Below are positions 37,068 through 47,224 of a DNA stretch of 64,000 nucleotides, piece after piece (position 1 is the stretch's first letter; each line of letters begins with the position of its first letter). A model generated the notes under the pieces. The model saw only the letters and a program-made list of their open reading frames with translations, had not been told where the DNA came from and did no database searches. A program made the position numbers and the translations under genes. The stretch covers positions 1-64,000 of IMG/VR virus record IMGVR_UViG_3300032285_003957; one strand, given 5' to 3'. This DNA is from a virus (lineage: Duplodnaviria > Caudoviricetes).

Positions 37068-37406
37068 CTATTTTGTTTTTGGAGTTCTTGTTGCTTTTGG
37101 TTTTTTTACCAACGTCGTTTCTAATTTATCGTTTTCAACTCTAAGAAAATCAACAGTAACTTTAAGTTCGGCCACTTGACGGGTTAAATCTAACACCATT
37201 TTTCTTAATTCATCCTTTTCTTTTGCTGCAGATTCTAATAACGCTTCCAATTTAGAAATACGGTCTTTACAATCGTGTCTAATAAAGTCTTCGTCTTTTT
37301 CTTTATGCATTGCGCGTTTTTCATAGTAACGCCATGCGCTCGCTGATCCTAAAACAGTAATCATTGTTCCTAAAACCGCATATAATGTGTTCATGTCTTG
37401 TGCCAT
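37068..37406 (-). CDS. N-terminal TM plus coiled-coil protein
   Basis: ORF track; TATTTATA upstream on -. Confidence 0.75.
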   Translation of the reverse strand: MAQDMNTLYAVLGTMITVLGSASAWRYYEKRAMHKEKDEDFIRHDCKDRISKLEALLESAAKEKDELRKMVLDLTRQVAELKVTVDFLRVENDKLETTLVKKPKATRTPKTK

Positions 37407-37655
37407 CGTTTATATAAATAGTGTAATACAAAATAAAGTTTTAAACTTTTTTAAGCGTGTCGACCCAAAAACGCAAATTAATTTTTACCTGACAAATTGT
37501 CACCTTCAAAACCCACCCTTTTACCCACATATGCTTAATAGAAACCTTCATAGAAATGTGGGAGTTTTTTAATAATTTATTAATCTAATATAATTGTTAT
37601 CGCTTTTGTTTTTTATATTTATTAGTAATAAAATAAAACCAAAAACCAAAAAAAA

Positions 37656-38312
37656 ATGAGACTAGATCAATTAGCATCAAGAGTAGCGATACTCGAATCT
37701 AAAGTGAACTTTTTAATGACTGGTGAGTATGTTGCACCAGCATCATTAGACAATGTTACAGCAATGGACATTGACGCAAGATTAACATTAGTTGAAACTA
37801 CAGTTGACATGTTAGTAGCACAAAAAACTCAAGAAGTTATGACTACTATTGCTACTGCAGATTCTTCTGATGGCACAACGCCAAATGTTGACGCAATTGT
37901 TGCGTTATCACCAAGTGCCACCTTTCCAGAAGCATCAGACATCGTTAGTGCTGTGGTTCAATCACAAGTTGAATTACCTGCTATCGAATCTGAAACAGCT
38001 GCCGCAGCAGTTGCTACAGCAGTTGCAACAGTTGTTACAGCACAACCAGAAGTAGTTACTGATTCTGAAAAGATGATAGAAACTATTTTAGATGCGTTAA
38101 TCAACCAACCAGCGGTACCTGCAGGAACAGAAGCTGACCAAGCTGTTGATGCAGTAAGTGCAATTATTGCTAACGTTACAGGTGAGGATATTACAGAAGA
38201 AGTTAAAGCACAAATTATAGAAGCGATTACTTCTGATTCTGATCCTGTATTAGATGCTATTGAAGCACGTTTAGATGTGGTTGAAGCAAAATATAATACA
38301 TTGGTAAAATAA
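37656..38312 (+). CDS. acidic Ala/Val/Thr-rich protein with terminal coiled-coil motifs
   Basis: ORF track. Confidence 0.8.
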   Translation: MRLDQLASRVAILESKVNFLMTGEYVAPASLDNVTAMDIDARLTLVETTVDMLVAQKTQEVMTTIATADSSDGTTPNVDAIVALSPSATFPEASDIVSAVVQSQVELPAIESETAAAAVATAVATVVTAQPEVVTDSEKMIETILDALINQPAVPAGTEADQAVDAVSAIIANVTGEDITEEVKAQIIEAITSDSDPVLDAIEARLDVVEAKYNTLVK

Positions 38313-38390
38313 TTAATTTAGATTATTTTTCATAAACCCTCCATATTGGAGGGTTTTTTTTGTGAGTATTTTTTTGTATATTAAATTAAT

Positions 38391-38942
38391 ATGAGTAAGA
38401 TAATTAATTTTTTTGGTGGTCCTGGTATCGGTAAATCTACTCAAGCATCGGGGTTATTTACTGAGATGAAAAAACACCATATGAGTGTTGAATATACATA
38501 TGAATTTCCTAAAGAAGTTGCTTGGGAAGGGAATATCTCTCAATTGAAAGATCAATTCTTTATTACAGCAAATCAACATAGAAATATAAGTAGGCTTTAT
38601 GATAAAGTGGATTACATTATTGTGGATTCACCTATTATCCTTGGTTGTTTTTATGAACAGCGCTACGGTGAGGGGTATCCAGCATCACACTACGGTATGT
38701 CTGGATTAAGTAAATTTTTATGGAGCCTATTCAAACAATATGATAATATAAACATACTTTTAACTAGAAATAATGAAACATATGATACAAATGGTAGATT
38801 ACAGAATTTACTAGAGGCTCAAGAAATTGATGCGGATATTAAGCTTACATTGGACATTAACAATATATCTTATAGCGAATTTTCTGTTCATAATGATACT
38901 CCTTTGGAGATTTATAGGTATTTAATAGAAAACAAGTTATGA
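38391..38942 (+). CDS. P-loop NTPase (NadR/AAA_28-like kinase)
   Basis: GGPGIGKST, IIVDSP, GRLQ. Confidence 0.8.
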   Translation: MSKIINFFGGPGIGKSTQASGLFTEMKKHHMSVEYTYEFPKEVAWEGNISQLKDQFFITANQHRNISRLYDKVDYIIVDSPIILGCFYEQRYGEGYPASHYGMSGLSKFLWSLFKQYDNINILLTRNNETYDTNGRLQNLLEAQEIDADIKLTLDINNISYSEFSVHNDTPLEIYRYLIENKL

Positions 38943-39601
38943 AAAAAACATTAAAGAATTTTTGGTTACCAACATTAATAGGCTTCGGTCTTTTTATCTT
39001 ATCTTTTGTGGCTGCAAATGCTCAAGATTTAGTTACAATTAAACATACTAATTACACAACCATATTTAGTAAATCTAAAAAATACCCAGTAAAAGTGGAG
39101 TGGTGGATTACAAAAGCTAAGGTTGGTTGTCCAGCACCATTGGCTAGAAAGGATAAATTTGCCCCCGATCCATTATTACCAAATGAAACTGATTTAATGG
39201 ATGATTATAAAGGTAGTGGCACTGATAGAGGACATAACATGCCTGCCGCTGAAAACCAATGTCAAACACAAGATGTTCAAGATGAATGTTTTTATTTTTC
39301 TAATATGACCGCTCAATATCATTCTTTAAATGCGGGTGATTGGAAATCATTAGAAGTTTTAGAGAGACAATTTGCTATGGATCAAGATTCTGTTCACGTT
39401 TGGTGCGGTAGTGTTGGTGAAGCTAAAAGAATAGGTAAAGTTGCTGTTCCAAAAACATGTTGGAAAGTTGTTTACATTGTAAAATCAAAAGAATATTTTG
39501 CTTATATATTTGAAAACACGCCTGATAAACCAAGTGGTTTAAATTCACATAAAGTGGAAGTATCAGATGTGGAAAAATTAAGTGGATTTAAATTTAAATA
39601 A
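38939..39601 (+). CDS. DNA/RNA non-specific endonuclease (NucA/EndA type) with signal peptide
   Basis: DRGHNMPA, SNMTAQ..LNAGDWKSLE, VAVPKTCWKV. Confidence 0.9.
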   Translation: MKKTLKNFWLPTLIGFGLFILSFVAANAQDLVTIKHTNYTTIFSKSKKYPVKVEWWITKAKVGCPAPLARKDKFAPDPLLPNETDLMDDYKGSGTDRGHNMPAAENQCQTQDVQDECFYFSNMTAQYHSLNAGDWKSLEVLERQFAMDQDSVHVWCGSVGEAKRIGKVAVPKTCWKVVYIVKSKEYFAYIFENTPDKPSGLNSHKVEVSDVEKLSGFKFK

Positions 39602-39810
39602 TGTTACCAAGGGAGTTCATCAATTATCAAGACAAGTTATACTGGGTTTATAGAAAAATAAAACAATCACAAATTAAAGAAGGTTCAATTTCTGAATTAA
39701 AGGAATTTTGGATGTGTGATATGGTTGTCAAAAGTAGAAATCAAACTGATGAACTCCTTTTATTTATGAGAGAGATTGAGGAGGCTAAAATTGCGAAGGA
39801 TTTTATCTAA
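39601..39810 (+). CDS. hypothetical protein
   Basis: ORF track. Confidence 0.7.
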   Translation: MLPREFINYQDKLYWVYRKIKQSQIKEGSISELKEFWMCDMVVKSRNQTDELLLFMREIEEAKIAKDFI

Positions 39811-40201
39811 TATTTTTTCTAATTTCGTTTAGACAAATTTTAGCATATTTCAATTCGTTTCTTTTGGCCTCTTTTTCATATGGGTTGGTAGAATAATAAT
39901 ATTCCTTTTCATATTTGCGGTATTGAGGGCCAGATTGTAAATAATGAGTATATTCGTGGATGACTGTTGCAACAATTTCATAAGAACTTTCACAATTTGG
40001 TGCATAAATAACCATTCTATTTCGATAAAAACAATAATTACCCATAAATTCAAATCGACCCTTTTTTCTTGACCAATTCATTACAACAAAATCCAATTTT
40101 TTTCTTTTCCTTTCGTTAATACCAAGGTTTTTCCTACACCACTTTATGGCTTCATTAGCATATAGCTTTTTTAAATCTATATTTTGCTGTTTTTTAGCCA
40201 T
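39803..40201 (-). CDS. HExxH metallopeptidase-like protein
   Basis: TVIHEYTHYLQ..NPYEKEA. Confidence 0.7.
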   Translation of the reverse strand: MAKKQQNIDLKKLYANEAIKWCRKNLGINERKRKKLDFVVMNWSRKKGRFEFMGNYCFYRNRMVIYAPNCESSYEIVATVIHEYTHYLQSGPQYRKYEKEYYYSTNPYEKEAKRNELKYAKICLNEIRKNIR

Positions 40202-40553
40202 TTTTGGTTTTATCGGTTTTAATAACCCTGTTTTGACGTTTAGTTGTTTTAGTGAATTCGTTTACCGAATCGTAATTGTTTGAGATATCTTTTAAAATCG
40301 CAGCAAATTCATAATTTTCTAATTCTTCGTTCTTTTTCCATAAAACTATAACAAAAGCTTTCATTTCCAAATCGCTAACTTGTGCTCTCATTTTGATGGC
40401 ACCTTTCATTAATTTAAAAACCATGTATAAAACCCCCATTTTGCTTTCTTGAGGTAGACTAAAGTAGTTGTTAACGCTAACATTTGTTAGTATGTTATTC
40501 GTAACATTATCCAAAAATTGAATAAAAGATGGGTGGTTTACGTTAAGTTTCAT
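40194..40553 (-). CDS. hypothetical protein
   Basis: ORF track. Confidence 0.7.
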   Translation of the reverse strand: MKLNVNHPSFIQFLDNVTNNILTNVSVNNYFSLPQESKMGVLYMVFKLMKGAIKMRAQVSDLEMKAFVIVLWKKNEELENYEFAAILKDISNNYDSVNEFTKTTKRQNRVIKTDKTKNG

Positions 40554-40651
40554 GTTTTCGTTTTTTTATAAATAGTGGCTAAAAAATCATTAAATTAAAA
40601 AAGGGATAAATTTATTTTTACCCCCTTTTTGTCATTTTTTCTACTTTTTGG

Positions 40652-41011
40652 TTATTTTCCCCATTTACCGTTTTTAACCAATTGTGCGATAATTGAATAA
40701 ACCGATAAATCTTGATAAGTGTCATCTACAGCTTCACCAACGTTATCCTGAGCTCCTAAAACAACAAGTTGTTTGATTCTTTGAATCTTATCATTCATTC
40801 TAAACCATAGCCCCATTTGGGATAATTTGCGGTCATCCTCCTTAGATAGGTCTTTACCTAAAGCGATGTTGTCAGGACCATAATTTGATTGCTTTTTACA
40901 AAACGTCTCATATTGCTCCCTCATTATTCTTTTAAATTCTTTGGTCATTTCAGGATACATTTCCTCAATTTCCTTGATTACTGGGTTGATTTGTTGTTTA
41001 TCTTCTGCCAT
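40652..41011 (-). CDS. DUF1599 / nucleotide-modification-associated domain 1 protein
   Basis: KKQSNYG..RMNDKIQRI..DTYQDLSVYSII. Confidence 0.75.
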   Translation of the reverse strand: MAEDKQQINPVIKEIEEMYPEMTKEFKRIMREQYETFCKKQSNYGPDNIALGKDLSKEDDRKLSQMGLWFRMNDKIQRIKQLVVLGAQDNVGEAVDDTYQDLSVYSIIAQLVKNGKWGK

Positions 41012-41082
41012 AATTTTGTTATTTGTTATAATATAACGATTTTTAATTGTAATACAAAATATTTATATAAAAACATTAACAA

Positions 41083-41331
41083 ATGGCTTCTAACGCATAC
41101 AAACAATCTTTAGAAAAGGGTATAGGCACAACGTCCGACCAACCAAAACACAAGAGATTAATTAAAATGTTAACTTTTAGAGTGGTTCCCGCTTATTATA
41201 AGGAAATCGAGAAGGTTGCAAACGAAAAGGGTATCACAACCTCTAAATTAATCAGAACATACATTAAGGAAGGTATGAAAAGAGACGGTGAATTATCGTC
41301 AAAAGAAGAAAAGGACTTCGGTTTATCTTAA
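41083..41331 (+). CDS. ribbon-helix-helix-like DNA-binding protein
   Basis: MLTFRV..YKEIEKVANEKGITTSKLIRTYI. Confidence 0.65.
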   Translation: MASNAYKQSLEKGIGTTSDQPKHKRLIKMLTFRVVPAYYKEIEKVANEKGITTSKLIRTYIKEGMKRDGELSSKEEKDFGLS

Positions 41332-41335
41332 TCAT

Positions 41336-41665
41336 ATGGAAAAACTAATAATCAGCGAAAATATCGTTAAAAACGTCTTAGAATCGATTTTAAACGAGGA
41401 AACTTCAAAGGTTCGACGCGAAGAATATAACAAAGTTCAGTTTAGAATTGAAGAACTTGAAAATTCACTAAGCGAAACCCTAAAAGAATTTAGAAAACTA
41501 CAAGATTCTTTACCTGACGGCCTAAAAACCGTTGCAAACGGTAGAATTTCTTCAATTTCGTCTAATTTAAATGATGCAAACAAATTAATTGACGAATTGA
41601 AAGTTAAAATAAGAAAACACAAGAAAAGTTCATACATCCAACAGGTGGATGAGAAGAAAAAATGA
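41336..41665 (+). CDS. coiled-coil protein, IISEN..LNEE leader
   Basis: Start moved to MEKL. Confidence 0.7.
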   Translation: MEKLIISENIVKNVLESILNEETSKVRREEYNKVQFRIEELENSLSETLKEFRKLQDSLPDGLKTVANGRISSISSNLNDANKLIDELKVKIRKHKKSSYIQQVDEKKK

Positions 41666-41994
41666 TAAAATTCACAGATTTACTTAACGAATCGGAAGAA
41701 AAGGGTTTTGAAGAATTTTCTTCAAAACGTTTAAAAGGTGCAACCAAAATTGCGGACCAAGCTAAAGAAAAAGGTGGTCCATCTATGTTAACTTATCACC
41801 ATTTCCACGTTAAATTACCATATTATAATGACGCATCAGAAGGTAAATTTAATTTTGCGGCGGCAGTAAAGGAATTTGATAATTGTGTAAATAAATTAGC
41901 TGAAAAAATGGACAATATGGGACAAATCGAGTTCCAAAAGTTAATGGGTCGTATCGAGGTCCTTGGCGAATTGATAATTAAACATAAAGCTTAG
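41662..41994 (+). CDS. hypothetical protein, MIKFTDLLNE leader
   Basis: ORF track. Confidence 0.75.
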   Translation: MIKFTDLLNESEEKGFEEFSSKRLKGATKIADQAKEKGGPSMLTYHHFHVKLPYYNDASEGKFNFAAAVKEFDNCVNKLAEKMDNMGQIEFQKLMGRIEVLGELIIKHKA

Positions 41995-42353
41995 TTATTT
42001 TCATCATCCTCCAATTTTTTTAAATAGGCTTTTCCTTCTTTAGTTAAAAAAAACATTTCTTCGGTATTATCATCCGAATACGAATCAAGCATACCCTTAT
42101 CTTTTAACTCATTTAATACATTACCGGCAATAATGTGTTTTAAAAGTTGCTCAAACTCGTCCTCAGTATACATTTCTTCAAAATCATCATCAAGTCTACC
42201 GTTTATGAATTTTTCAGTTAAATCATCTAAAATATATTCACGAACAAAATCAAAATTGGTGATTCCATATTCAATAAAGAAGTTAGATTCGGATAAACCT
42301 TCAATTAGCTCATCGGTTTTTTCAATTACAATAGGCTGATATACTTTTGGCAT
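41991..42353 (-). CDS. acidic hypothetical protein
   Basis: ORF track. Confidence 0.7.
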   Translation of the reverse strand: MPKVYQPIVIEKTDELIEGLSESNFFIEYGITNFDFVREYILDDLTEKFINGRLDDDFEEMYTEDEFEQLLKHIIAGNVLNELKDKGMLDSYSDDNTEEMFFLTKEGKAYLKKLEDDENN

Positions 42354-42460
42354 TGCATTACATATTTTAATAAAAAATAAACAAAAAATACTATAGAAAA
42401 AAATTGTAAGGGTTTTAAATCCAATGTTTTTTTGTTATATTCTAATATAAAATTTTAATA

Positions 42461-43711
42461 ATGGGAAACGGAAAGATTTTTATTCAAATTGCGTCATATA
42501 GAGACCCGCAATTATTACTTACAATTAAGGATTGTATTGAAAAAGCAAAGAATCCAAAAAAATTAGTGTTTTCAATAGCTTGGCAACATTCTACTGAAGA
42601 CGCTTGGGATAATTTGGAAGAATATAAGGACGATAAACGATTTAAAATTGTTGATATTGACTATAGAGACTCTCAAGGTGCTTGTTGGGCTCGTAATCAA
42701 TTGCAACAAAATTACGATGGTGAAGAATACACATTACAATTAGACTCACATCACCGATTTATAAAAAATTGGGATGAGGAGTTAATTAATATGATAAAAC
42801 AATTACAAGATAAAGGTCATGAAAAGCCATTATTAACAGGTTATGTTTCATCATTTGATCCTGATAATGATCCTGAAGCAAGAATAATGCAACCTTGGAA
42901 AATGAATTTCGATAGATTCATACCTGAAGGTGCGGTGTTCTTTTTACCTGCAACAATTGATGATTATTTGGAAAGAACTGAACCACTACCTGCAAGATTT
43001 TATTCTGCGCATTTTTGCTTTACATTAGGTCAATTTTGTGTTGAAGTTCCTCATGACCCTCAGTATTATTTCCATGGCGAAGAAATATCAATTGCAGTTA
43101 GAGCTTATACTTGGGGTTATGATTTATTTCATCCACATAAAGTAGTTGTTTGGCATGAATACACACGTAAAGGTAGAAAAAAACAATGGGACGATGACCC
43201 AATTTGGGTATCACGTAATGCCGCTTGTCACAAAAGAAATCGTAAGTTGTTTGAAATGGATGGTGAAATAAAAGATGTTGATTTTGGTGTGTATGATTTT
43301 GGTAAAGTAAGGTCGTTAGAAGATTATGAAAGGTATGCGGGGTTATCATTTAAGAAAAGAGCAATTCAACAATATACTAAAGATAATAAATTAGCACCTA
43401 ATCCACCGTTATATGGTGAAGAATTTGATAAATCATTCATGACGATATTCAAGCATTGTATTGATGTAGCGTATGATAAAGTTCCTGAAAAAGACTATGA
43501 TTTTTGGGTTGTAGCTTTTCATGATAATAACGATGAGACAGTTTATCGAGATGATATAAATGAGCAACAAATTAAAATGTTATATAATGACCCTGACGGT
43601 TATTGTAAAATTTGGAAAGAATTTCAAATATCAAAAAAACCAGCTTATTGGGTTGTTTGGCCACATAGTGTGTCAAAAGGTTGGTGCGAAAGATTAACAG
43701 GTGGCTTATAA
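42461..43711 (+). CDS. GT60-like GlcNAc transferase (Skp1-hydroxyproline GlcNAcT family)
   Basis: IFIQIASYRDP, SQGACWAR, LQLDSHHRF..WDE, YFHGEEI..RAYTWGYD, VWHEY. Confidence 0.8.
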   Translation: MGNGKIFIQIASYRDPQLLLTIKDCIEKAKNPKKLVFSIAWQHSTEDAWDNLEEYKDDKRFKIVDIDYRDSQGACWARNQLQQNYDGEEYTLQLDSHHRFIKNWDEELINMIKQLQDKGHEKPLLTGYVSSFDPDNDPEARIMQPWKMNFDRFIPEGAVFFLPATIDDYLERTEPLPARFYSAHFCFTLGQFCVEVPHDPQYYFHGEEISIAVRAYTWGYDLFHPHKVVVWHEYTRKGRKKQWDDDPIWVSRNAACHKRNRKLFEMDGEIKDVDFGVYDFGKVRSLEDYERYAGLSFKKRAIQQYTKDNKLAPNPPLYGEEFDKSFMTIFKHCIDVAYDKVPEKDYDFWVVAFHDNNDETVYRDDINEQQIKMLYNDPDGYCKIWKEFQISKKPAYWVVWPHSVSKGWCERLTGGL

Positions 43712-43720
43712 TTATAATAT

Positions 43721-44617
43721 ATGTTAGAGATTACATTAACAGATTCTAATTTTCCTCATCAGGAATATTTGACTCCCTATTTAAAATCCAAACACATAGT
43801 TTGGAAAAGAGATGATATTAGAAGAAAAATAAATGTTTATACCGATAATTTCATTAAACAATCGGTAATTGATATTCCGCAAGATGGTAATATCAATGTG
43901 TGTATTCTATTAGAACCATACACCAATCCACCTTGGACAGACATCTATGATTATATTAGAACCGATTTTGAAAAATTTGATTTAATTATCACGCATAATC
44001 TAATGAAATTAGGTGACTTAATTGAATCAAGACCTGATAAATTTTATTATTCAACTAAATGTATCACAACCACTTGGTTAGAAGAAAAATTCATAGGTTT
44101 AAACAATAAAACAAAAATGATTTCAATGCCGTTCTCATTTAAAAATTTTTCAGAAGGCCATAGAATTAGACACATAATTTATGACAAATATAAAGATAGT
44201 GGGGTTATTGATTTTTATGGTTCGGGAATCGAAGGATATAATGGCGAATTTAGGGAATCATTGGTTGATTACAAATATTCAATTTGTTGTGAGAACTGTT
44301 TACAAAAAGGATTTAATTCTGAAAAATTAAACGATTGTTTTTTAACATATACAATACCAATTTATTGGGGTTCAGAAATTTATGATGAGAATTATGACAA
44401 ATCATCCGTTTTTATGTTTTCACCAAATAAAGAAAAAGTAGATTTTAATTTTGAAGAATCATTTGAAAATTTGGACAAAACAATACAAACAATATTAGCA
44501 ACTGACCCTTATGATGAATTAAAAAAAGCTGTAGAACATAATTTTAGTTACACCTTTAATAATTTACAAACAGAGGATAACATATATAACGTATTACTAA
44601 AAAGGAATTATATATGA
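43721..44617 (+). CDS. GT10-like (fucosyltransferase-type) glycosyltransferase
   Basis: DYKYSICCEN..YNSEKLNDCF..IPIYWG-type signature. Confidence 0.7.
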   Translation: MLEITLTDSNFPHQEYLTPYLKSKHIVWKRDDIRRKINVYTDNFIKQSVIDIPQDGNINVCILLEPYTNPPWTDIYDYIRTDFEKFDLIITHNLMKLGDLIESRPDKFYYSTKCITTTWLEEKFIGLNNKTKMISMPFSFKNFSEGHRIRHIIYDKYKDSGVIDFYGSGIEGYNGEFRESLVDYKYSICCENCLQKGFNSEKLNDCFLTYTIPIYWGSEIYDENYDKSSVFMFSPNKEKVDFNFEESFENLDKTIQTILATDPYDELKKAVEHNFSYTFNNLQTEDNIYNVLLKRNYI

Positions 44618-45387
44618 TATTTTGGTTTGGTGAAAAATTATGTGACGCGGGATTTGCTATCAACCTTAAACATAGAACAGACCGTTTAGAATCTTGTTTT
44701 AAAGAATTAGATATTTCGGGTATTGAAGGGGTTGAAAGATTTGAAGCCGTTTCAATGGAAGGAACAGCATTTCCGAGATTTGGATGCACGCAAAGCCATA
44801 TTGATATTGCAAAAAAACAAATCGAAAACAATTGGGAATACGTTTTATATTTGGAAGATGATATCCAAGCTGATTTTTATTATTGTGAAAAAATAAAACA
44901 AGAAGCGGTAAACAAACAATTAGTCGCTAAACAAATCATCAAAGAATTAAATCAACACAAACCCGATATATTATGGTTAGGCGTAAGACCCGAGAGTTTT
45001 ACTGAACCATTTAATGACATTTTAGTTAAAGCAAGAAAAACGTTAATGTCACATGCATATATTGGTTCATTAAAATATGCAAATTTTTTAGTTGATAATT
45101 TAAGATATATGGAAGAGAATCATTTTTCCAAAAGATTTGCAATAGACTTTTTTATGTCACAAATTGCTGAAAAAGACGATTGGCAATTAGATAAGTATAA
45201 AGAGGGAGATAAAATTAAAACGAATGATTTGGTGTCTTTGATAGCTATGCCAATGATTTTTAATCAAGGGCCGTCACACTCTAATTTAACTGAAGTATGG
45301 GTGGATTATAGAGTTTGGGTTAGAGGGTCTATTGATTATTATATAAATTTAGAAAAACTTAATATAAAACCATTATTACATGAATAA
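44614..45387 (+). CDS. GT25-like glycosyltransferase
   Basis: INLKHRTDR, GCTQSH, LYLEDD, HAY. Confidence 0.75.
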   Translation: MIFWFGEKLCDAGFAINLKHRTDRLESCFKELDISGIEGVERFEAVSMEGTAFPRFGCTQSHIDIAKKQIENNWEYVLYLEDDIQADFYYCEKIKQEAVNKQLVAKQIIKELNQHKPDILWLGVRPESFTEPFNDILVKARKTLMSHAYIGSLKYANFLVDNLRYMEENHFSKRFAIDFFMSQIAEKDDWQLDKYKEGDKIKTNDLVSLIAMPMIFNQGPSHSNLTEVWVDYRVWVRGSIDYYINLEKLNIKPLLHE

Positions 45388-46063
45388 CTCGATTAAATAT
45401 TGGGACGAAAAAATTGTCTCGAGACATATTGGAATGGAAATCAAATGGTTAATTGATTATCTAACCGAAAAAAATATAAGTGAAATATCGTATATCGATA
45501 TTGGAGGTAATGTTGGTAAATTTTACGATGAACTTTCGGAAAAATATCATATTAAAAAATGTGTTATCGTTGAAGCATCAAAAAGATTAAGTGAATATAT
45601 GGTTGAAAAATTCAAAAATATTGATTCAATTACCGTGTATAATTTTGGTATATCGGATAGCGAAGGTGAATATCATTTTGATGATTCGGGTATTGATTTT
45701 TGGGCTGACAGAGAACTAAATGAAGACATTAATTTGGGTGTCTCAAAAATGTCAAATAGACCGGGTGAAACGCCATTCATAAAAATGGACAAATTTCTAA
45801 CCGAGTTTAATACGATACCATCAAATGAAATAACATTTATTAAAATTGATACAGAAAACAGGGATATTCCAATTGTGGGTGACATGATGGAATACTTAAA
45901 AATAAACAACATAAGACCATTCATACTATTTGAAAATAATTTTCATAATGATATGTCAATGGAAGATGCTCAAAAAATTGTTGATAATTTTTGTGAGGTC
46001 CTAAATTATGAAAAAGTTGACTTAAACATAAACGGCGATAAATTTATAAAACCAATAATTTAA
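45380..46063 (+). CDS. FkbM-family methyltransferase
   Basis: YIDIGGNVG, VEA, IKIDTE. Confidence 0.75.
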   Translation: MNNSIKYWDEKIVSRHIGMEIKWLIDYLTEKNISEISYIDIGGNVGKFYDELSEKYHIKKCVIVEASKRLSEYMVEKFKNIDSITVYNFGISDSEGEYHFDDSGIDFWADRELNEDINLGVSKMSNRPGETPFIKMDKFLTEFNTIPSNEITFIKIDTENRDIPIVGDMMEYLKINNIRPFILFENNFHNDMSMEDAQKIVDNFCEVLNYEKVDLNINGDKFIKPII

Positions 46064-46066
46064 AAT

Positions 46067-47218
46067 ATGAAAACATCGATTGGGGATATTGTTGATAGAT
46101 ATTCAATATGCAAATTAAAATCTGAAAGATTACAGATTGAGAATTTGAAGGAAATGAACGAATTACAAAATGAAATGAATCAATACGAAGGGATTGATGA
46201 GTATGTTACCAAATTATATGAAGTAAATGGCGATATTTGGGACTTAGAAGCTGACATTAGACAAGAAAACGAAGACATACTTGGTTTAGAGGAAGTGGGT
46301 AGACGTGCAATTAAAATTAGGGGGTTTAATAACATTAGAGTCGCTTATAAAAATGAAATAAATTCAAAATATAATGAGGGTTTCCTTGAAGTTAAAATGA
46401 ATCACGGTAGTGCAAAAGAACCATCTGTTATTATTTCATTAACCACTGTTCCTGAAAGATTGGCTTTACCTAATGAAGACGGTGTGAAATTAGTTATCAC
46501 AAGTTTATGTGAGCAAAATGATGATGATTATGAAGTTCATTTTAATGTTCCAAATAAAAACGTCATAACTGGTAAAGAATATATTATTCCTGAATGGGCT
46601 AATGAGTTTTTATTAAAATATAAACATTTTAAAATTTTTAGAACGGAAGATTTTGGCCCACCGACAAAATTTGTCCCAACAATACAAAGGATAACAAATC
46701 CTGAGACAATATTGGTTGTTGTTGATGATGATATGATTTATCATGAGGATATGGTGACCGAACATAGAAAAAATCACCAACAGTTTCCCGATAGTGCATT
46801 TTGTTATGATGGAAGAGGTGCGATAAAATCATTATATGGCGGTGAATTACCTGATTTTTGGATTGTTTGTGTAACAGAACCAAGAGAAGTTCATGTCATT
46901 CAACATTACAAATCTTGTTCATATAAGAAAAAATATTTCACCGATGATTTTTTTAATTATTACATTGGTAAAACATTTTCTGATGATGTTTTAGTTTCTA
47001 AATATTTTAGGGATAATAATATTAAAATGTATGTAATGCCGTATGAGCCTGATTTACATTTATATAATACTTTAGAAAAATGGCAAGCTAATCAAGGCGT
47101 TGTAGCATTTCCAATTACAAAATATGCTCACAGTCTGAATGAAACGGGTTGTAATCATCCTGAAATGATTAAAATACAACCAAGATTTTATGAACCAAAT
47201 GATTTAGGAAAAAAATAA
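46067..47218 (+). CDS. fusion: N-terminal coiled domain plus GT-A glycosyltransferase
   Basis: MKTSIGDIVD..LW..E..R N-domain; IISLTTVPERL, GPPTK, VVDDD, DDV. Confidence 0.7.
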   Translation: MKTSIGDIVDRYSICKLKSERLQIENLKEMNELQNEMNQYEGIDEYVTKLYEVNGDIWDLEADIRQENEDILGLEEVGRRAIKIRGFNNIRVAYKNEINSKYNEGFLEVKMNHGSAKEPSVIISLTTVPERLALPNEDGVKLVITSLCEQNDDDYEVHFNVPNKNVITGKEYIIPEWANEFLLKYKHFKIFRTEDFGPPTKFVPTIQRITNPETILVVVDDDMIYHEDMVTEHRKNHQQFPDSAFCYDGRGAIKSLYGGELPDFWIVCVTEPREVHVIQHYKSCSYKKKYFTDDFFNYYIGKTFSDDVLVSKYFRDNNIKMYVMPYEPDLHLYNTLEKWQANQGVVAFPITKYAHSLNETGCNHPEMIKIQPRFYEPNDLGKK

Positions 47219-47224
47219 ATTAAA

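Noticed and set aside
37068-37406. Holin or spanin call
   Set aside because: Single TM plus coiled coil is compatible but not diagnostic; not adjacent to the endolysin
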